36,467 nt of DNA, taken from positions 1 through 36,467 of IMG/VR virus record IMGVR_UViG_3300028025_001304; one strand, given 5' to 3'. Origin of the DNA: a virus. Its lineage: Duplodnaviria > Caudoviricetes. This document shows positions 17,352-26,280 of this stretch, piece after piece. How positions within the stretch are numbered: position 1 is the first letter of the stretch; each line of letters begins with the position of its first letter. Under the pieces are notes generated by a model. It was not told the DNA's origin and ran no database searches. It saw only the letters and a program-made list of their open reading frames with translations. The position numbers and the translations under genes are program-made.

Positions 17352-18088
17352 CAGGTGCCGTAGTAGGTAGTGCAGTTATTGGCGGCGTAATGTCGTCTAA
17401 TGCAGCAACGGATGCGGCAGATACGCAAGCCGCCGCAGCCAATCGTGCGGCAGACCTTGAATATAAAATGTTTCAAGAGAATCAGGCTACACAAAAGCCG
17501 TTTCTTGAGGCAGGACTTAAAGGTCAAAATAGATTGTTAGACTTGTTAGCGCTTAGCGGTAACACGGGCGCACAAGGATACGGTTCAATGGCCAAAAATT
17601 TTGGCATGTCAGACTTTGAACAAGACCCTGGCTATGCGTTCCGTATGTCTGAAGGACTTAAAGCACTTGATCGTACTGCAGCATCACGCGGCGGTATGTT
17701 GTCAGGCGCAGCGTTAAAAGGCGCTACGCGTTACGGTCAAGACATGGCCTCTCAAGAGTATCAAAACGCGTACAACCGCTATAACACTAACCGCGCAAAC
17801 ATCTTGAACCCTCTACAAAGTCTTGCAGGTCAAGGCCAAACGACAGCCAATACGCTAGGTACGGCAGGGCAAAACTATGCAACTAACGCAGGTAACGCGT
17901 ACATGGGTGCAAGTAATGCTGCTGCGTCAGGTTACGTAGGTAGCGCTAATGCGTGGAACCAAGCACTTGGCGGTGCAACTAACTACTTTACGCAAAACCA
18001 AATGATGAACCGAATGTTCCCTAGCGCAGGCGTTGCAGCGCCTAATGTTCCTGCGGCTTATAACGCATTACCTAGATATGTTGCTTAA
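17336..18088 (+). CDS. Ejection/DNA transfer protein, gp7-like
   Basis: Hydrophobic Gly/Ala N-terminus, DPGYAFR, AASRGG.LSGA.LK; Gln/Asn/Ala-rich. Confidence 0.75.
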   Translation: MSGWVAGAVVGSAVIGGVMSSNAATDAADTQAAAANRAADLEYKMFQENQATQKPFLEAGLKGQNRLLDLLALSGNTGAQGYGSMAKNFGMSDFEQDPGYAFRMSEGLKALDRTAASRGGMLSGAALKGATRYGQDMASQEYQNAYNRYNTNRANILNPLQSLAGQGQTTANTLGTAGQNYATNAGNAYMGASNAAASGYVGSANAWNQALGGATNYFTQNQMMNRMFPSAGVAAPNVPAAYNALPRYVA

Positions 18089-18098
18089 GGATTAAATC

Positions 18099-19400
18099 AT
18101 GCCTATAGATTCAAATATTGCTTTAGGGGTTAAACCAATCCAATTAGAGTCGCCTATTAATCAGATGTCTAATGTATATGCTTTGCAAAACGCAGCGCAA
18201 TCTAATCAGCTTAATCAGATGAAGATGGAAGAATATAAGCGTGGTTTGGCTGAATCTGAAGCATTTAAGAGAAATATGCTTGGTGTAGATGCTAATACAC
18301 CTGAAGGTCAACAATCAATCTATAACAACCTTTTACGTACAGGCAGAATAGATGATGCGACTAAGTTTGCTAAAAACATTGTTGAGACTAAGAATTTAGG
18401 GCTTACAGGTCAAGAGACGCAAGGTAAAATAAATAAACAAAAGATGGAGCAACGCCAAGCTACATTGCGTGATACATCGCGTAACCCTTCTGACGCAAAT
18501 TTAACCGCGCACGTAGAAGATATATTGTTGTCTCCTTTGTATTCTGCTGAAGAAAAAGCCGCATCGTCACGTATGCTTACACAATTATTGGCTATGCCAA
18601 TCCCTGAACGTCAAGCTTTCTTAGCCAGTCAAGGTGCGTCTGCATCTGATTTGAAACCTAATATCCAAATGCAAAACATAGGTGGATCATCTAACGTATT
18701 ATCTGTACCTGCATACGGTGGCGCGCCTACAACATTAAGCTCTACTAAAATGACGGCGTCGCCAGGTGAGATAATGACCGCAGCTACAGCTAAAGCTGGT
18801 CAAGATATTACTAAGCGTGGTCAAGACCTTACTAACGCACGTGAATTGCAACGTATTGAAATTGAAAAAGGTAAAAACTCACCTGAGTACATTGCAACGG
18901 AAGCTAGAATGAAAGAGCAAGGCAAAGGCCAAGCTAAATTTGAAGCGGCTGCACCTCAAGCTATTGCAACTGCTGAACAGATGCTTACAAAAATTGATGA
19001 TATGGTAGGTAAGCCAGCTAAACTTAATGCTAAAGGTCAAGTAGTAGAAAAAGGTACTGCAGCGCACCCTGGCTTTAAAGCAGCCGTAGGCGCATCATCA
19101 TTATTACCTACAATGCCTGGCAGTAAAGCAGCAGACTTTGAAGCGCGCCTAGATGAAATTAAAGGCGGTGCGTTCTTGGAAGCATACAATACGCTTAGAG
19201 GTGGCGGTTCAATTACTGAAGTTGAAGGTCAAAAAGCAACGCAAGCGATTACACGTATGTCTACAGCGCAAAGTGAAAAAGAATTTATTGATGCTGCTAG
19301 AGATTTCCAAAATGTTATTCGTACAGGTATTAAACGTTCTAAAGAAAAATTGGGTTCAGGCGGAACTGATGTTGACGCACTTTTAGAAAAGTATAAATAA
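18099..19400 (+). CDS. Ejection protein, gp20 position
   Basis: Helical Gln-rich protein; C-terminal AFL.AY..LRGGG.ITE.EG.KA motif; synteny. Confidence 0.65.
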   Translation: MPIDSNIALGVKPIQLESPINQMSNVYALQNAAQSNQLNQMKMEEYKRGLAESEAFKRNMLGVDANTPEGQQSIYNNLLRTGRIDDATKFAKNIVETKNLGLTGQETQGKINKQKMEQRQATLRDTSRNPSDANLTAHVEDILLSPLYSAEEKAASSRMLTQLLAMPIPERQAFLASQGASASDLKPNIQMQNIGGSSNVLSVPAYGGAPTTLSSTKMTASPGEIMTAATAKAGQDITKRGQDLTNARELQRIEIEKGKNSPEYIATEARMKEQGKGQAKFEAAAPQAIATAEQMLTKIDDMVGKPAKLNAKGQVVEKGTAAHPGFKAAVGASSLLPTMPGSKAADFEARLDEIKGGAFLEAYNTLRGGGSITEVEGQKATQAITRMSTAQSEKEFIDAARDFQNVIRTGIKRSKEKLGSGGTDVDALLEKYK

Positions 19401-19401
19401 T

Positions 19402-21465
19402 ATGGCTACTCTTGATCAGTTAAACGCTGCGTTAATAAAAGCTGATGCCGCAGGCAATGTCGAAGATGCAAAAGCATTTGCGTCTGAAATACGTCGCATG
19501 CGAGCAGAACCTACAACCATTAAAGCACCTGTCGTCAACGTAGGCAGGCAACCAGATGCAATCCCTGAACGCGACATGATGCAAAAGTATGGCTATCCTG
19601 TACTAGAGACAGTATTGCCTGTCGTTGGCGGTCTTGTTGGCGCTGTACCTGGCACCGTAGCAGGGCCAGCAGGCACGCTTATTGGCGGTGCCGCAGGATC
19701 AGGACTAGGTTACGCTGCGGCAAAACAATTAGAAAATATATACGAAGAGCAGACAGGTAAAGCTAAACCTGAATCTTTAGCAACTAAAGCTTCTCAAGCA
19801 GGTATGGATGTTCTTACAGGCGCTGCATTTGACGTAGGCGGTAGATTAATATTACCGCCTTTAGCTAAAGCAGCAGGCTGGATATGGGATGCTGCATCAG
19901 GCAAACTTATTCAAGTTAAAGCAGGTAAGATTATTCGTGAACTTGCAGGTGACGCTGTTGATGCAGTTCGTAATGCGGCGGCAAGTGCGCCAAGTAACTT
20001 AACCGCAGGTCAAGCAACTGCAAACGTTACTGCGCCTGCAGTTCAAACATTACAATCGCGTATGAACGCAAGGAATATTAATGAATCTACTAGATTAGCT
20101 GAACAAGAAAATGCAGCAAATCTAAATCAACTTCAAACCTTAGCTGGCGGTTCTACGCAGACAGCATCTAAAAATACACAAGCAGCAGCTAAAAATGCAC
20201 TTAATGCTAGACTAATTCCTGCACTTACAACTGAACTTAACGCCGCTAACATTGCAGGCCAAGAGTTACCTAGACTACAAGGTGAAGCCGATAGGTTTGC
20301 GCAAGCCGCAGCTAATAAGGTTGAAGATGTGCGTAGGTTTACAGCAGCAGGTGAACGTGCGGGTGAACGCGCAGCTAACACGGTGACGGTTGCAGGTCAG
20401 CCTCGCGTACCTGGTAGATACACTTACATGGGTGAACTAGAGAAAAAAGCGGAAGTTGAAACAGCTAAAGCTGCAGAAGGTTCATTAACGTTTGGCAACG
20501 CTTCGCGTTTTTACCAAGCAGGCGTAGACAGTCTTGCTGCGCATGGGCTAAAACCACTCAAGTCAGACGCAATTATTGCAAGCGTATCTCGTAAAGCTAA
20601 CGACCCTGCTTACGCAGGTAATGACTTAGTTGAAGGTGCGCTAAAAAATGTTATGGATGACATTGCTAAATGGACTAAAAATGGCGGCGTGATTGACGCA
20701 TGGGCTTTAGATAGCATCCGTAAAAACTCTGTTAATGCTGCCGTTCAACGCTTACGTCCAGGTATGGATCAAACTGCGCAAAAGAACGCTGCGGCTGAAG
20801 TTATTACGCAAATTAAACCTATTCTTGTTGACGCCATTGAAGGCGCTGGTGGTACAGGCTACGGTAAGTATTTGGCAGATTACGCGGTAGGACGTCAAGC
20901 AATTGCACAAACTAAACTTGGTGCAAAAGCAATGAAATTATACGAAGAGTCACCAGATAAGTTTATTGCATTAGTTGAAGGCCAATCACCAGAAGCGGTA
21001 GAAAAAGTTTTTGGTAAAGGTAGCTACAACATTGCTAAAGAGATGAGCTATGAGGCTTTCTCAAAACTTAAAGGCATATCATCTACGCTTCAACGCAATC
21101 AATCAATGGCTGAACAAGCGGGTAAAGGCGCTGAAAAATATGGCGAAACACTTAGAAATAGCTTAGGGTTATTTAGAATACCTAACATTTTAAGTCCTAA
21201 AGTTGCGGTGACTAATGAAGCATTAAGTGTGCTAGAAGGTAAGATTAATACCAAAGTAATGAAAACATTAGAAGAAGGTATGCAGTCAGGTAAGTCCTTA
21301 GCTAAACTAATTGATACCTTACCTGCTGAAGATAGAACCTTAATTTTACGTTTACTTAAATCTAGGACAGGTACACGTGCAGCAACCTTTGGTACTAACG
21401 CATTAGCTAGAGACCCTTCATTAGATACAGAAGCATACAATAACCGTAACGCATTAGCACAATAG
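19402..21465 (+). CDS. Large ejection protein, gp16 position
   Basis: 687 aa, Ala-rich helical, with a glycine-zipper hydrophobic segment (GGLVGAVPG...GGAAGSGLG); last structural gene before lysis. Confidence 0.65.
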   Translation: MATLDQLNAALIKADAAGNVEDAKAFASEIRRMRAEPTTIKAPVVNVGRQPDAIPERDMMQKYGYPVLETVLPVVGGLVGAVPGTVAGPAGTLIGGAAGSGLGYAAAKQLENIYEEQTGKAKPESLATKASQAGMDVLTGAAFDVGGRLILPPLAKAAGWIWDAASGKLIQVKAGKIIRELAGDAVDAVRNAAASAPSNLTAGQATANVTAPAVQTLQSRMNARNINESTRLAEQENAANLNQLQTLAGGSTQTASKNTQAAAKNALNARLIPALTTELNAANIAGQELPRLQGEADRFAQAAANKVEDVRRFTAAGERAGERAANTVTVAGQPRVPGRYTYMGELEKKAEVETAKAAEGSLTFGNASRFYQAGVDSLAAHGLKPLKSDAIIASVSRKANDPAYAGNDLVEGALKNVMDDIAKWTKNGGVIDAWALDSIRKNSVNAAVQRLRPGMDQTAQKNAAAEVITQIKPILVDAIEGAGGTGYGKYLADYAVGRQAIAQTKLGAKAMKLYEESPDKFIALVEGQSPEAVEKVFGKGSYNIAKEMSYEAFSKLKGISSTLQRNQSMAEQAGKGAEKYGETLRNSLGLFRIPNILSPKVAVTNEALSVLEGKINTKVMKTLEEGMQSGKSLAKLIDTLPAEDRTLILRLLKSRTGTRAATFGTNALARDPSLDTEAYNNRNALAQ

Positions 21466-21474
21466 GACTTTATC

Positions 21475-21735
21475 ATGGACGATCAAACAACGCGACTGAA
21501 TAGAATTGAAGAGAAGCTGGATAAGGTTGGCGAGGCAATCATCTCTTTGGCCCGTATGGAAGAACGCATGATTACATTATTCAGACGCATGGATAACTAC
21601 GATCAGAATCAAACTGCAATCGAAGGCAGAGTAAACAAGATTGAAGTTGCACACGCAAGCAGCGCATGGGTTGAGCGTATCGTATGGCTGATCGTAGGTG
21701 GCCTTGTCATGGGGACTATCTATTTTGGTAAATAG
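21475..21735 (+). CDS. Coiled-coil protein with C-terminal TM helix (lysis-associated, XhlA-like architecture)
   Basis: RLNRIEEKLDK coiled coil plus IVWLIVGGLVMGTIYF; AGGA RBS. Confidence 0.65.
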   Translation: MDDQTTRLNRIEEKLDKVGEAIISLARMEERMITLFRRMDNYDQNQTAIEGRVNKIEVAHASSAWVERIVWLIVGGLVMGTIYFGK

Positions 21736-22147
21736 CCGTAATCTGTCAGACCTTCATCCTAGAGTTAAAACGCTATGTGAGCGATTCATATTTTCATGTG
21801 CAAAGCAAAACATTGACGTTATCATCACGTCAACCTATCGTGACGCAGAAAGCCAAACAGCCCTCTACAGTCAAGGGCGCACAACACCAGGTAAGATAGT
21901 CACTAATGCTAAGGCAGGTCAGTCGTTCCATAACTGGCGTGTAGCGTTTGACTTCTGTCCGATTGTCAACGGTAAATGTCAATGGGATAACAAAGCGCTT
22001 TTTACCGCTTGCGGAATCATTGCAGAAGAGCTAGGCTTGGAATGGGCTGGCAGATGGACTGGCAAGTTGCGCGAACAAGCTCACATACAGTATACTAATG
22101 GATTGACTATTCAAGACTTTCAAAATGGAAAAACTATACAAGCATAA
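21725..22147 (+). CDS. Endolysin, M15 family (L-Ala-D-Glu peptidase type)
   Basis: YRD..Q..LY.QGRT, SFHNWRVAFD (HxxxxxxD), E.AHIQ; TTG start at 21725 after GGGGA is inferred. Confidence 0.88.
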   Translation: MVNSRNLSDLHPRVKTLCERFIFSCAKQNIDVIITSTYRDAESQTALYSQGRTTPGKIVTNAKAGQSFHNWRVAFDFCPIVNGKCQWDNKALFTACGIIAEELGLEWAGRWTGKLREQAHIQYTNGLTIQDFQNGKTIQA

Positions 22148-22685
22148 AACATGTGAGTTCTGTAAAGCTGATTTTTTTGTTGATGATGCCCCTTCACATG
22201 CTAATAGACGTAAGTATTGTTCTAGAAAATGCAGTAATGGCGCTAATGCAATTAAAAAGTCTAGCGGATTATCTAGACCTGAGTACGAACGTAACTATTG
22301 GGCTAAACCTGAAAATAAAGAACGCCAGCGCGTAAATAAAGAACGTAATAGATTACGTCGCGTAGAAGGGCTTGGTGAAGCGTATGTTAGATTAATGCTT
22401 AATAGATGTAAAACTAGAGCAAAAATAAAAAATATGGAGTTTAATTTAACTCTTGAAAATATTACCATACCAAAAGAGTGTCCTATATTAGGTATTCCTT
22501 TACTTTATATAAAAGGTAGAGGCGGCCATTGGAACTCTCCGTCATTAGATAGAATAGATAATAGTAAAGGGTATATACTAGGAAATGTTCAAGTTATATC
22601 TAGACGCGCAAACATTATTAAAAATGACGCTGCACTTGAAGAAATAGAAAAAGTATATTTATTTTTACGGGACAAAACACTATGA
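22125..22685 (+). CDS. HNH-type endonuclease with N-terminal Zn finger
   Basis: CEFC...YCSRKC; CPILG; PSLDRIDNSKGY..GNVQVIS..AN..K; AT-rich. Confidence 0.8.
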   Translation: MEKLYKHKTCEFCKADFFVDDAPSHANRRKYCSRKCSNGANAIKKSSGLSRPEYERNYWAKPENKERQRVNKERNRLRRVEGLGEAYVRLMLNRCKTRAKIKNMEFNLTLENITIPKECPILGIPLLYIKGRGGHWNSPSLDRIDNSKGYILGNVQVISRRANIIKNDAALEEIEKVYLFLRDKTL

Positions 22686-22870
22686 AGCAATGGTATAAAT
22701 CTAAGGTCCTATGGTTTAACTTTATCATTGGTGTAGGAGCGGCATGTGAAGCATCTCTTAATATTGTGCAAGGCTATTTTGATCCTCGTGTATATTTCGC
22801 TATTGTTGCCCTTGTGTCTGGCGTTAATATGGCTCTACGTTTTATATCTACAACTAAACTCACCAAATGA
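22682..22870 (+). CDS. Putative holin
   Basis: 62 aa, two hydrophobic segments, WYKSK.LWFN start, basic tail; lies between endolysin and spanin. Confidence 0.7.
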   Translation: MKQWYKSKVLWFNFIIGVGAACEASLNIVQGYFDPRVYFAIVALVSGVNMALRFISTTKLTK

Positions 22871-23322
22871 ATCTATTGATACTATATTGGAAACAGATCG
22901 CCGTGGCCTGCGCTATCTTAGGCGCTGGTTTACTGGGTTACTATCAAGGCTATGCAGGCGAAAAAGCAAAGTTTGATGCGTTCAAGCTAGAATTAAGCAT
23001 ACGTACTGAAGCCTTGCAACAAAAGAATAATGCAATTGTCACCGAACAGAAACAAATTACTTCTAATGTAACGAAGGAATATGCAAATGCTGTCAAGAAA
23101 CTTAATGCTTACTATGCTGCTCACCCTACTATTAAATGGATGCGCAACACAGATACCCGTGACGTGTCCGACATTTCCGACACCACCGAAAGCATTGATG
23201 GAAAAACCGAAAGCGATGTACCTAGTACCGTCAACGCTAGTCCCTTAGATTGCGCGTCTGACGTCTTACAATTGCTACACTTACAAGAGTGGGTTAGAGA
23301 CCAAGAAAATGTTAATCGATGA
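22867..23322 (+). CDS. rz: i-spanin (Rz-like)
   Basis: N-terminal TM helix, periplasmic coiled coil, C-terminal Cys and LQEWVR; contains an embedded lipoprotein gene. Confidence 0.8.
   Translation: MNLLILYWKQIAVACAILGAGLLGYYQGYAGEKAKFDAFKLELSIRTEALQQKNNAIVTEQKQITSNVTKEYANAVKKLNAYYAAHPTIKWMRNTDTRDVSDISDTTESIDGKTESDVPSTVNASPLDCASDVLQLLHLQEWVRDQENVNR
23081..23248 (+). CDS. rz1: o-spanin lipoprotein (Rz1-like) embedded in the +1 frame (not in ORF track)
   Basis: MQMLSRNLMLTMLLTLLLNGC lipobox followed by a Pro-rich mature part; AAGGA RBS. Confidence 0.85.
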   Translation: MQMLSRNLMLTMLLTLLLNGCATQIPVTCPTFPTPPKALMEKPKAMYLVPSTLVP

Positions 23323-24472
23323 AGGCTTAAAGACTTACGCAACAGAACGCCAAAAAGAATATATAGACGCAGTTAACGAATACGGTGGAATTAGATCTGC
23401 CGCTAGATCACTAAACATTAATCACAGCGCAATTGTAGAAGCTTTTAGCTTACTACGTCGCCGTGCTGCCACAAGCGGATACGCACCTGAGCAAGACATG
23501 GTGCGCCCTGTACCAGAGCCGTTCATTGTTAGAGGTGTGTCAACCTATTACAACGCTGAAGGTAAAGCGTCAGGTCAATGGGTCAAGTCTAAGATAGACG
23601 ACAGCAAACTAGAGGAAACAATTAGACAGTTTGTATTAACTCTAGCTGAAGGCGTAAAAGGTCTAGCGCCCTTAATAGAAAAACCAAAACTAAACAGGTC
23701 AGATGTTATGACTGTTATCCCTATGGGTGATCCGCATTTCGGATTACATGCTTGGCATCAAGATGCGGGGGATGACTTTGACTTAGAGATTGCAGAGCGA
23801 TTAACTTGTAATGCAATTGACAGACTGATTGCAAGCTCGCCTGATTCTGAAACGGCAATGTTGCTTAACTTAGGCGACATGTTTCATGCAGACAACCAAA
23901 AGAATGTAACTAACTCAGGCCATCAACTTGACGTTGACGGACGCTGGGCAAAGGTACAGCAGATTGGGCTTCGCGCCATGATTTACTGTTTACAACAGTT
24001 ACTAAAAAAACACACTAAAGTAATATTTAGAATTAACAAAGGCAACCATGACGGTCATTCATCTTACGCGTTAGCGTTAATGATTTCATGTTACTTCCAT
24101 AACGAGCCTAGAATTGAAGTAGACTTGTCACCTGCTGTATCTTGGTACTATCAGTTTGGTAAAGTTTTAATCGGGTCTACGCATGGCGACACAATCAAAG
24201 GTAGAGACATGTTGTCTATCATGGCTGCGGATAAGCCAGTCCAATGGGGCGAATCTAAATTTAGATATTGGTATGTCGGACATGTACACCATAAAGAAGT
24301 AAAAGAATATCATGGCGGTACAGTAGAATATTTTAGAACACTTGCAGCTAGAGATGCTTGGCATCAAGGACAAGGTTATCGTGCGGGTCGAGATATGTGT
24401 GCTATAATTTTACATAAAGAGCATGGTGAAATTGAACGTCACACTTGTGACATTGGCTTAATAGAGGAGTAA
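23309..24472 (+). CDS. Calcineurin-like metallophosphoesterase with N-terminal HTH
   Basis: GDPH, LGDMFH, GNHD, HGD and GHVHH motifs; GIRSAARSLNINHSAI helix-turn-helix. Confidence 0.85.
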   Translation: MLIDEGLKTYATERQKEYIDAVNEYGGIRSAARSLNINHSAIVEAFSLLRRRAATSGYAPEQDMVRPVPEPFIVRGVSTYYNAEGKASGQWVKSKIDDSKLEETIRQFVLTLAEGVKGLAPLIEKPKLNRSDVMTVIPMGDPHFGLHAWHQDAGDDFDLEIAERLTCNAIDRLIASSPDSETAMLLNLGDMFHADNQKNVTNSGHQLDVDGRWAKVQQIGLRAMIYCLQQLLKKHTKVIFRINKGNHDGHSSYALALMISCYFHNEPRIEVDLSPAVSWYYQFGKVLIGSTHGDTIKGRDMLSIMAADKPVQWGESKFRYWYVGHVHHKEVKEYHGGTVEYFRTLAARDAWHQGQGYRAGRDMCAIILHKEHGEIERHTCDIGLIEE

Positions 24473-24474
24473 CT

Positions 24475-24648
24475 ATGTCTGAACGCACACCTGAAGAAAT
24501 TTGTGAGGACCTATTAGGCCAAACAATTGAAGAAATCGAAGTTGATTATGATACTGAACTAATCACAATCACCACTAACATGGGCAGAATTGAATTTAGT
24601 GGTGACGGATTAGAAATGTATGTTGAAACTGACGAATATGACTCTTAA
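24475..24648 (+). CDS. 57-aa very acidic protein (not in ORF track)
   Basis: GAGGAG RBS; MSERTPEEICEDLLGQTIEEIEVD...; 18 D/E versus 2 R. Confidence 0.75.
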   Translation: MSERTPEEICEDLLGQTIEEIEVDYDTELITITTNMGRIEFSGDGLEMYVETDEYDS

Positions 24649-24700
24649 ATCGATTTTTTATTAAAATCGGTAGATTTTCGGCTTCTGCAATCGACGTATA

Positions 24701-24785
24701 ACGCGAGAAAAGAGTGGGGTTAAGGCTACCATAGCCCCACACATGCTAAACCCTGCCAAAAAAGCAGGGAAGTAGCAAATCGCGT
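24701..24785. ncRNA. Putative three-way-junction structured element / terminator at the convergence of the two arms
   Basis: ACGCGA/TCGCGT closes two inner stems: GTGGGGTTA/TAGCCCCAC and TGCTA-CCCTGC/GCAGGG-TAGCA. Confidence 0.45.
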
Positions 24786-24787
24786 AT

Positions 24788-24955
24788 TCAGTCAAAGTTA
24801 ATGCGTAATTCATCTATATCTACCTCTATTTCACGGTCATCAGGCATTTTTACCATAGCAGTAGTGGGAAAGTGACCTGACCTTAGCACTTCAACGACAC
24901 ATTCACCTTTATTCCACCAACACCATTTTTGTAGCTGCACTTTTTGATCTCTCAT
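24788..24955 (-). CDS. 55-aa protein MRDQKVQLQKWCWW... (not in ORF track)
   Basis: ATG 2 nt after the upstream stop, GGTGG RBS-like sequence; open frame. Confidence 0.65.
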   Translation of the reverse strand: MRDQKVQLQKWCWWNKGECVVEVLRSGHFPTTAMVKMPDDREIEVDIDELRINFD

Positions 24956-24957
24956 TT

Positions 24958-25398
24958 TTACCACCCCAACTGATTAAAGCCACTAGAAATACTTACCGTG
25001 GTGTATTTACGTGTTTTCTTTGGTGACGCAATCGGGTAGTCTAATAAACGATAAACACCTGGCGGGTCCTCTTCGCGTTTTCGCTTTGTAGCAACTGATC
25101 CGCCAAACCGTTGAACTGTTTCTTTAGCTAACTGTTCTGCAGTTTTAGGACTGTAAGGCATATCAGGGTTAGCATAATACTGTGACACCATGATAGCTTT
25201 AACTCTACGTTCTTCAATCTTATCTTTATGTAGCTTGATGTAGCCTTTATCAATCAAGCGTTGTAGATGGTTGCTCAACTGATCTTTACTTAAGTTAAAC
25301 GCCTGCATCAGCATACGACGTGTCTGAGGCTTTTCTGCCATAAGATTATACATTGATTCTTTTAATCGTTCATACTTTAACTGGTGTTCATAGCTCAT
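24958..25398 (-). CDS. Winged-helix DNA-binding protein
   Basis: TRRMLMQAFNLSKDQLSNHLQRLIDKGYI wHTH pattern; GAGG RBS. Confidence 0.65.
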   Translation of the reverse strand: MSYEHQLKYERLKESMYNLMAEKPQTRRMLMQAFNLSKDQLSNHLQRLIDKGYIKLHKDKIEERRVKAIMVSQYYANPDMPYSPKTAEQLAKETVQRFGGSVATKRKREEDPPGVYRLLDYPIASPKKTRKYTTVSISSGFNQLGW

Positions 25399-25633
25399 TT
25401 TTTGCCTCTTCCTGTACTTGTGCGCCTATCTTTTCTAGCACACCGTCACTTAGTAGCGTAGTGATGTCAACCGCAGAATCAGTTAACTCAATAGCAATAA
25501 TGTCAACGTAAGTCGCTGCAGGGCTGTCGCCAGTTCCTAGCGGATCACGTTCAACTTCTACGTCTGCGTAAACATCTAACTCGATGCCATAAACTTTTAC
25601 TGTGTATAAACCCATGATTTTAATTTTCTCCAT
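25388..25633 (-). CDS. Small acidic hypothetical protein
   Basis: Open frame overlapping its neighbours; start may be ATG 25615 instead. Confidence 0.65.
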   Translation of the reverse strand: MEKIKIMGLYTVKVYGIELDVYADVEVERDPLGTGDSPAATYVDIIAIELTDSAVDITTLLSDGVLEKIGAQVQEEAKNEL

Positions 25634-25737
25634 AATTTAGTTAAATAACTTGGTTCTTCGTAAAGCGGAATCCAAGGCGTAGGGTCTACGTGACCGAACT
25701 TAAAGTTTTGCTCACTCCAAATCTCACGATTGTTCAT
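25597..25737 (-). CDS. 46-aa protein MNNREIWSEQ... (not in ORF track)
   Basis: ATGA overlap with the upstream gene; AAAGGAG RBS. Confidence 0.6.
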   Translation of the reverse strand: MNNREIWSEQNFKFGHVDPTPWIPLYEEPSYLTKLWRKLKSWVYTQ

Positions 25738-25928
25738 GGGCGTACTGCTCCTTTCAATATCTCTACACGTTCACGTGCAGCACGTAAGATAGTGTAGCGT
25801 TGATGTAAACGTTGTAGCATAGAGATACGCTTCTCGCCTTCACGCTCGTTGTTTAACAAAGCTAACACTTCATCCTCGCTTAACGTAGTAAGCTGCGCAT
25901 TAAGTGATCGCCAATTCAATCTAGTCAT
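25734..25928 (-). CDS. Small helical protein MTRLNWRSLN...RLHQRY
   Basis: Start at ATG 25928 (TAATG overlap, AAAGG RBS) rather than 25991. Confidence 0.7.
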   Translation of the reverse strand: MTRLNWRSLNAQLTTLSEDEVLALLNNEREGEKRISMLQRLHQRYTILRAARERVEILKGAVRP

Positions 25929-26083
25929 TAGTAAACCTTTCCAGAAAATACATGTGTGATACCACCAACATCTTTTATTTCTACTGTACATCCGTATCGG
26001 TCTTTGTTAACCAATGCGACTGTATATGCGCCCACTATAAAGCTTAAAAATAGGCATGTCAAGAATATCTTTACATCATTCAT
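25928..26083 (-). CDS. 51-aa membrane-anchored protein MNDVKIFLTCLF... (not in ORF track)
   Basis: TAATG overlaps at both ends; TAAGGA RBS; N-terminal hydrophobic helix. Confidence 0.7.
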   Translation of the reverse strand: MNDVKIFLTCLFLSFIVGAYTVALVNKDRYGCTVEIKDVGGITHVFSGKVY

Positions 26084-26280
26084 TATCTGTCCTTACTGTT
26101 GTCAGGGTATTCGTCTAACTCGTTGTATAACTTAATCTCATAGTTATCAACAATAATGTCGCCATCAAAGTTAAGGCCAGACGGGTTCCAATCGTAACGA
26201 TCATGTGCAGGTTGTTCTAGTGCTTCTTTGCAAGCGTTAATTGCTTCAATCGCCATCTTTAATGCTTTGTCTTTAGTCAT
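26083..26280 (-). CDS. Cassette-array paralogue 3 (framework blocks A-B only)
   Basis: Starts MTKDKALKMAIEAINACKEALEQPA, identical to paralogue 1. Confidence 0.7.
   Translation of the reverse strand: MTKDKALKMAIEAINACKEALEQPAHDRYDWNPSGLNFDGDIIVDNYEIKLYNELDEYPDNSKDR

Noticed and set aside
24701-24785. tRNA or hammerhead ribozyme
   Set aside because: Only two inner stems, no TTC-containing T-loop or CCA end, and no CTGATGA core on either strand.
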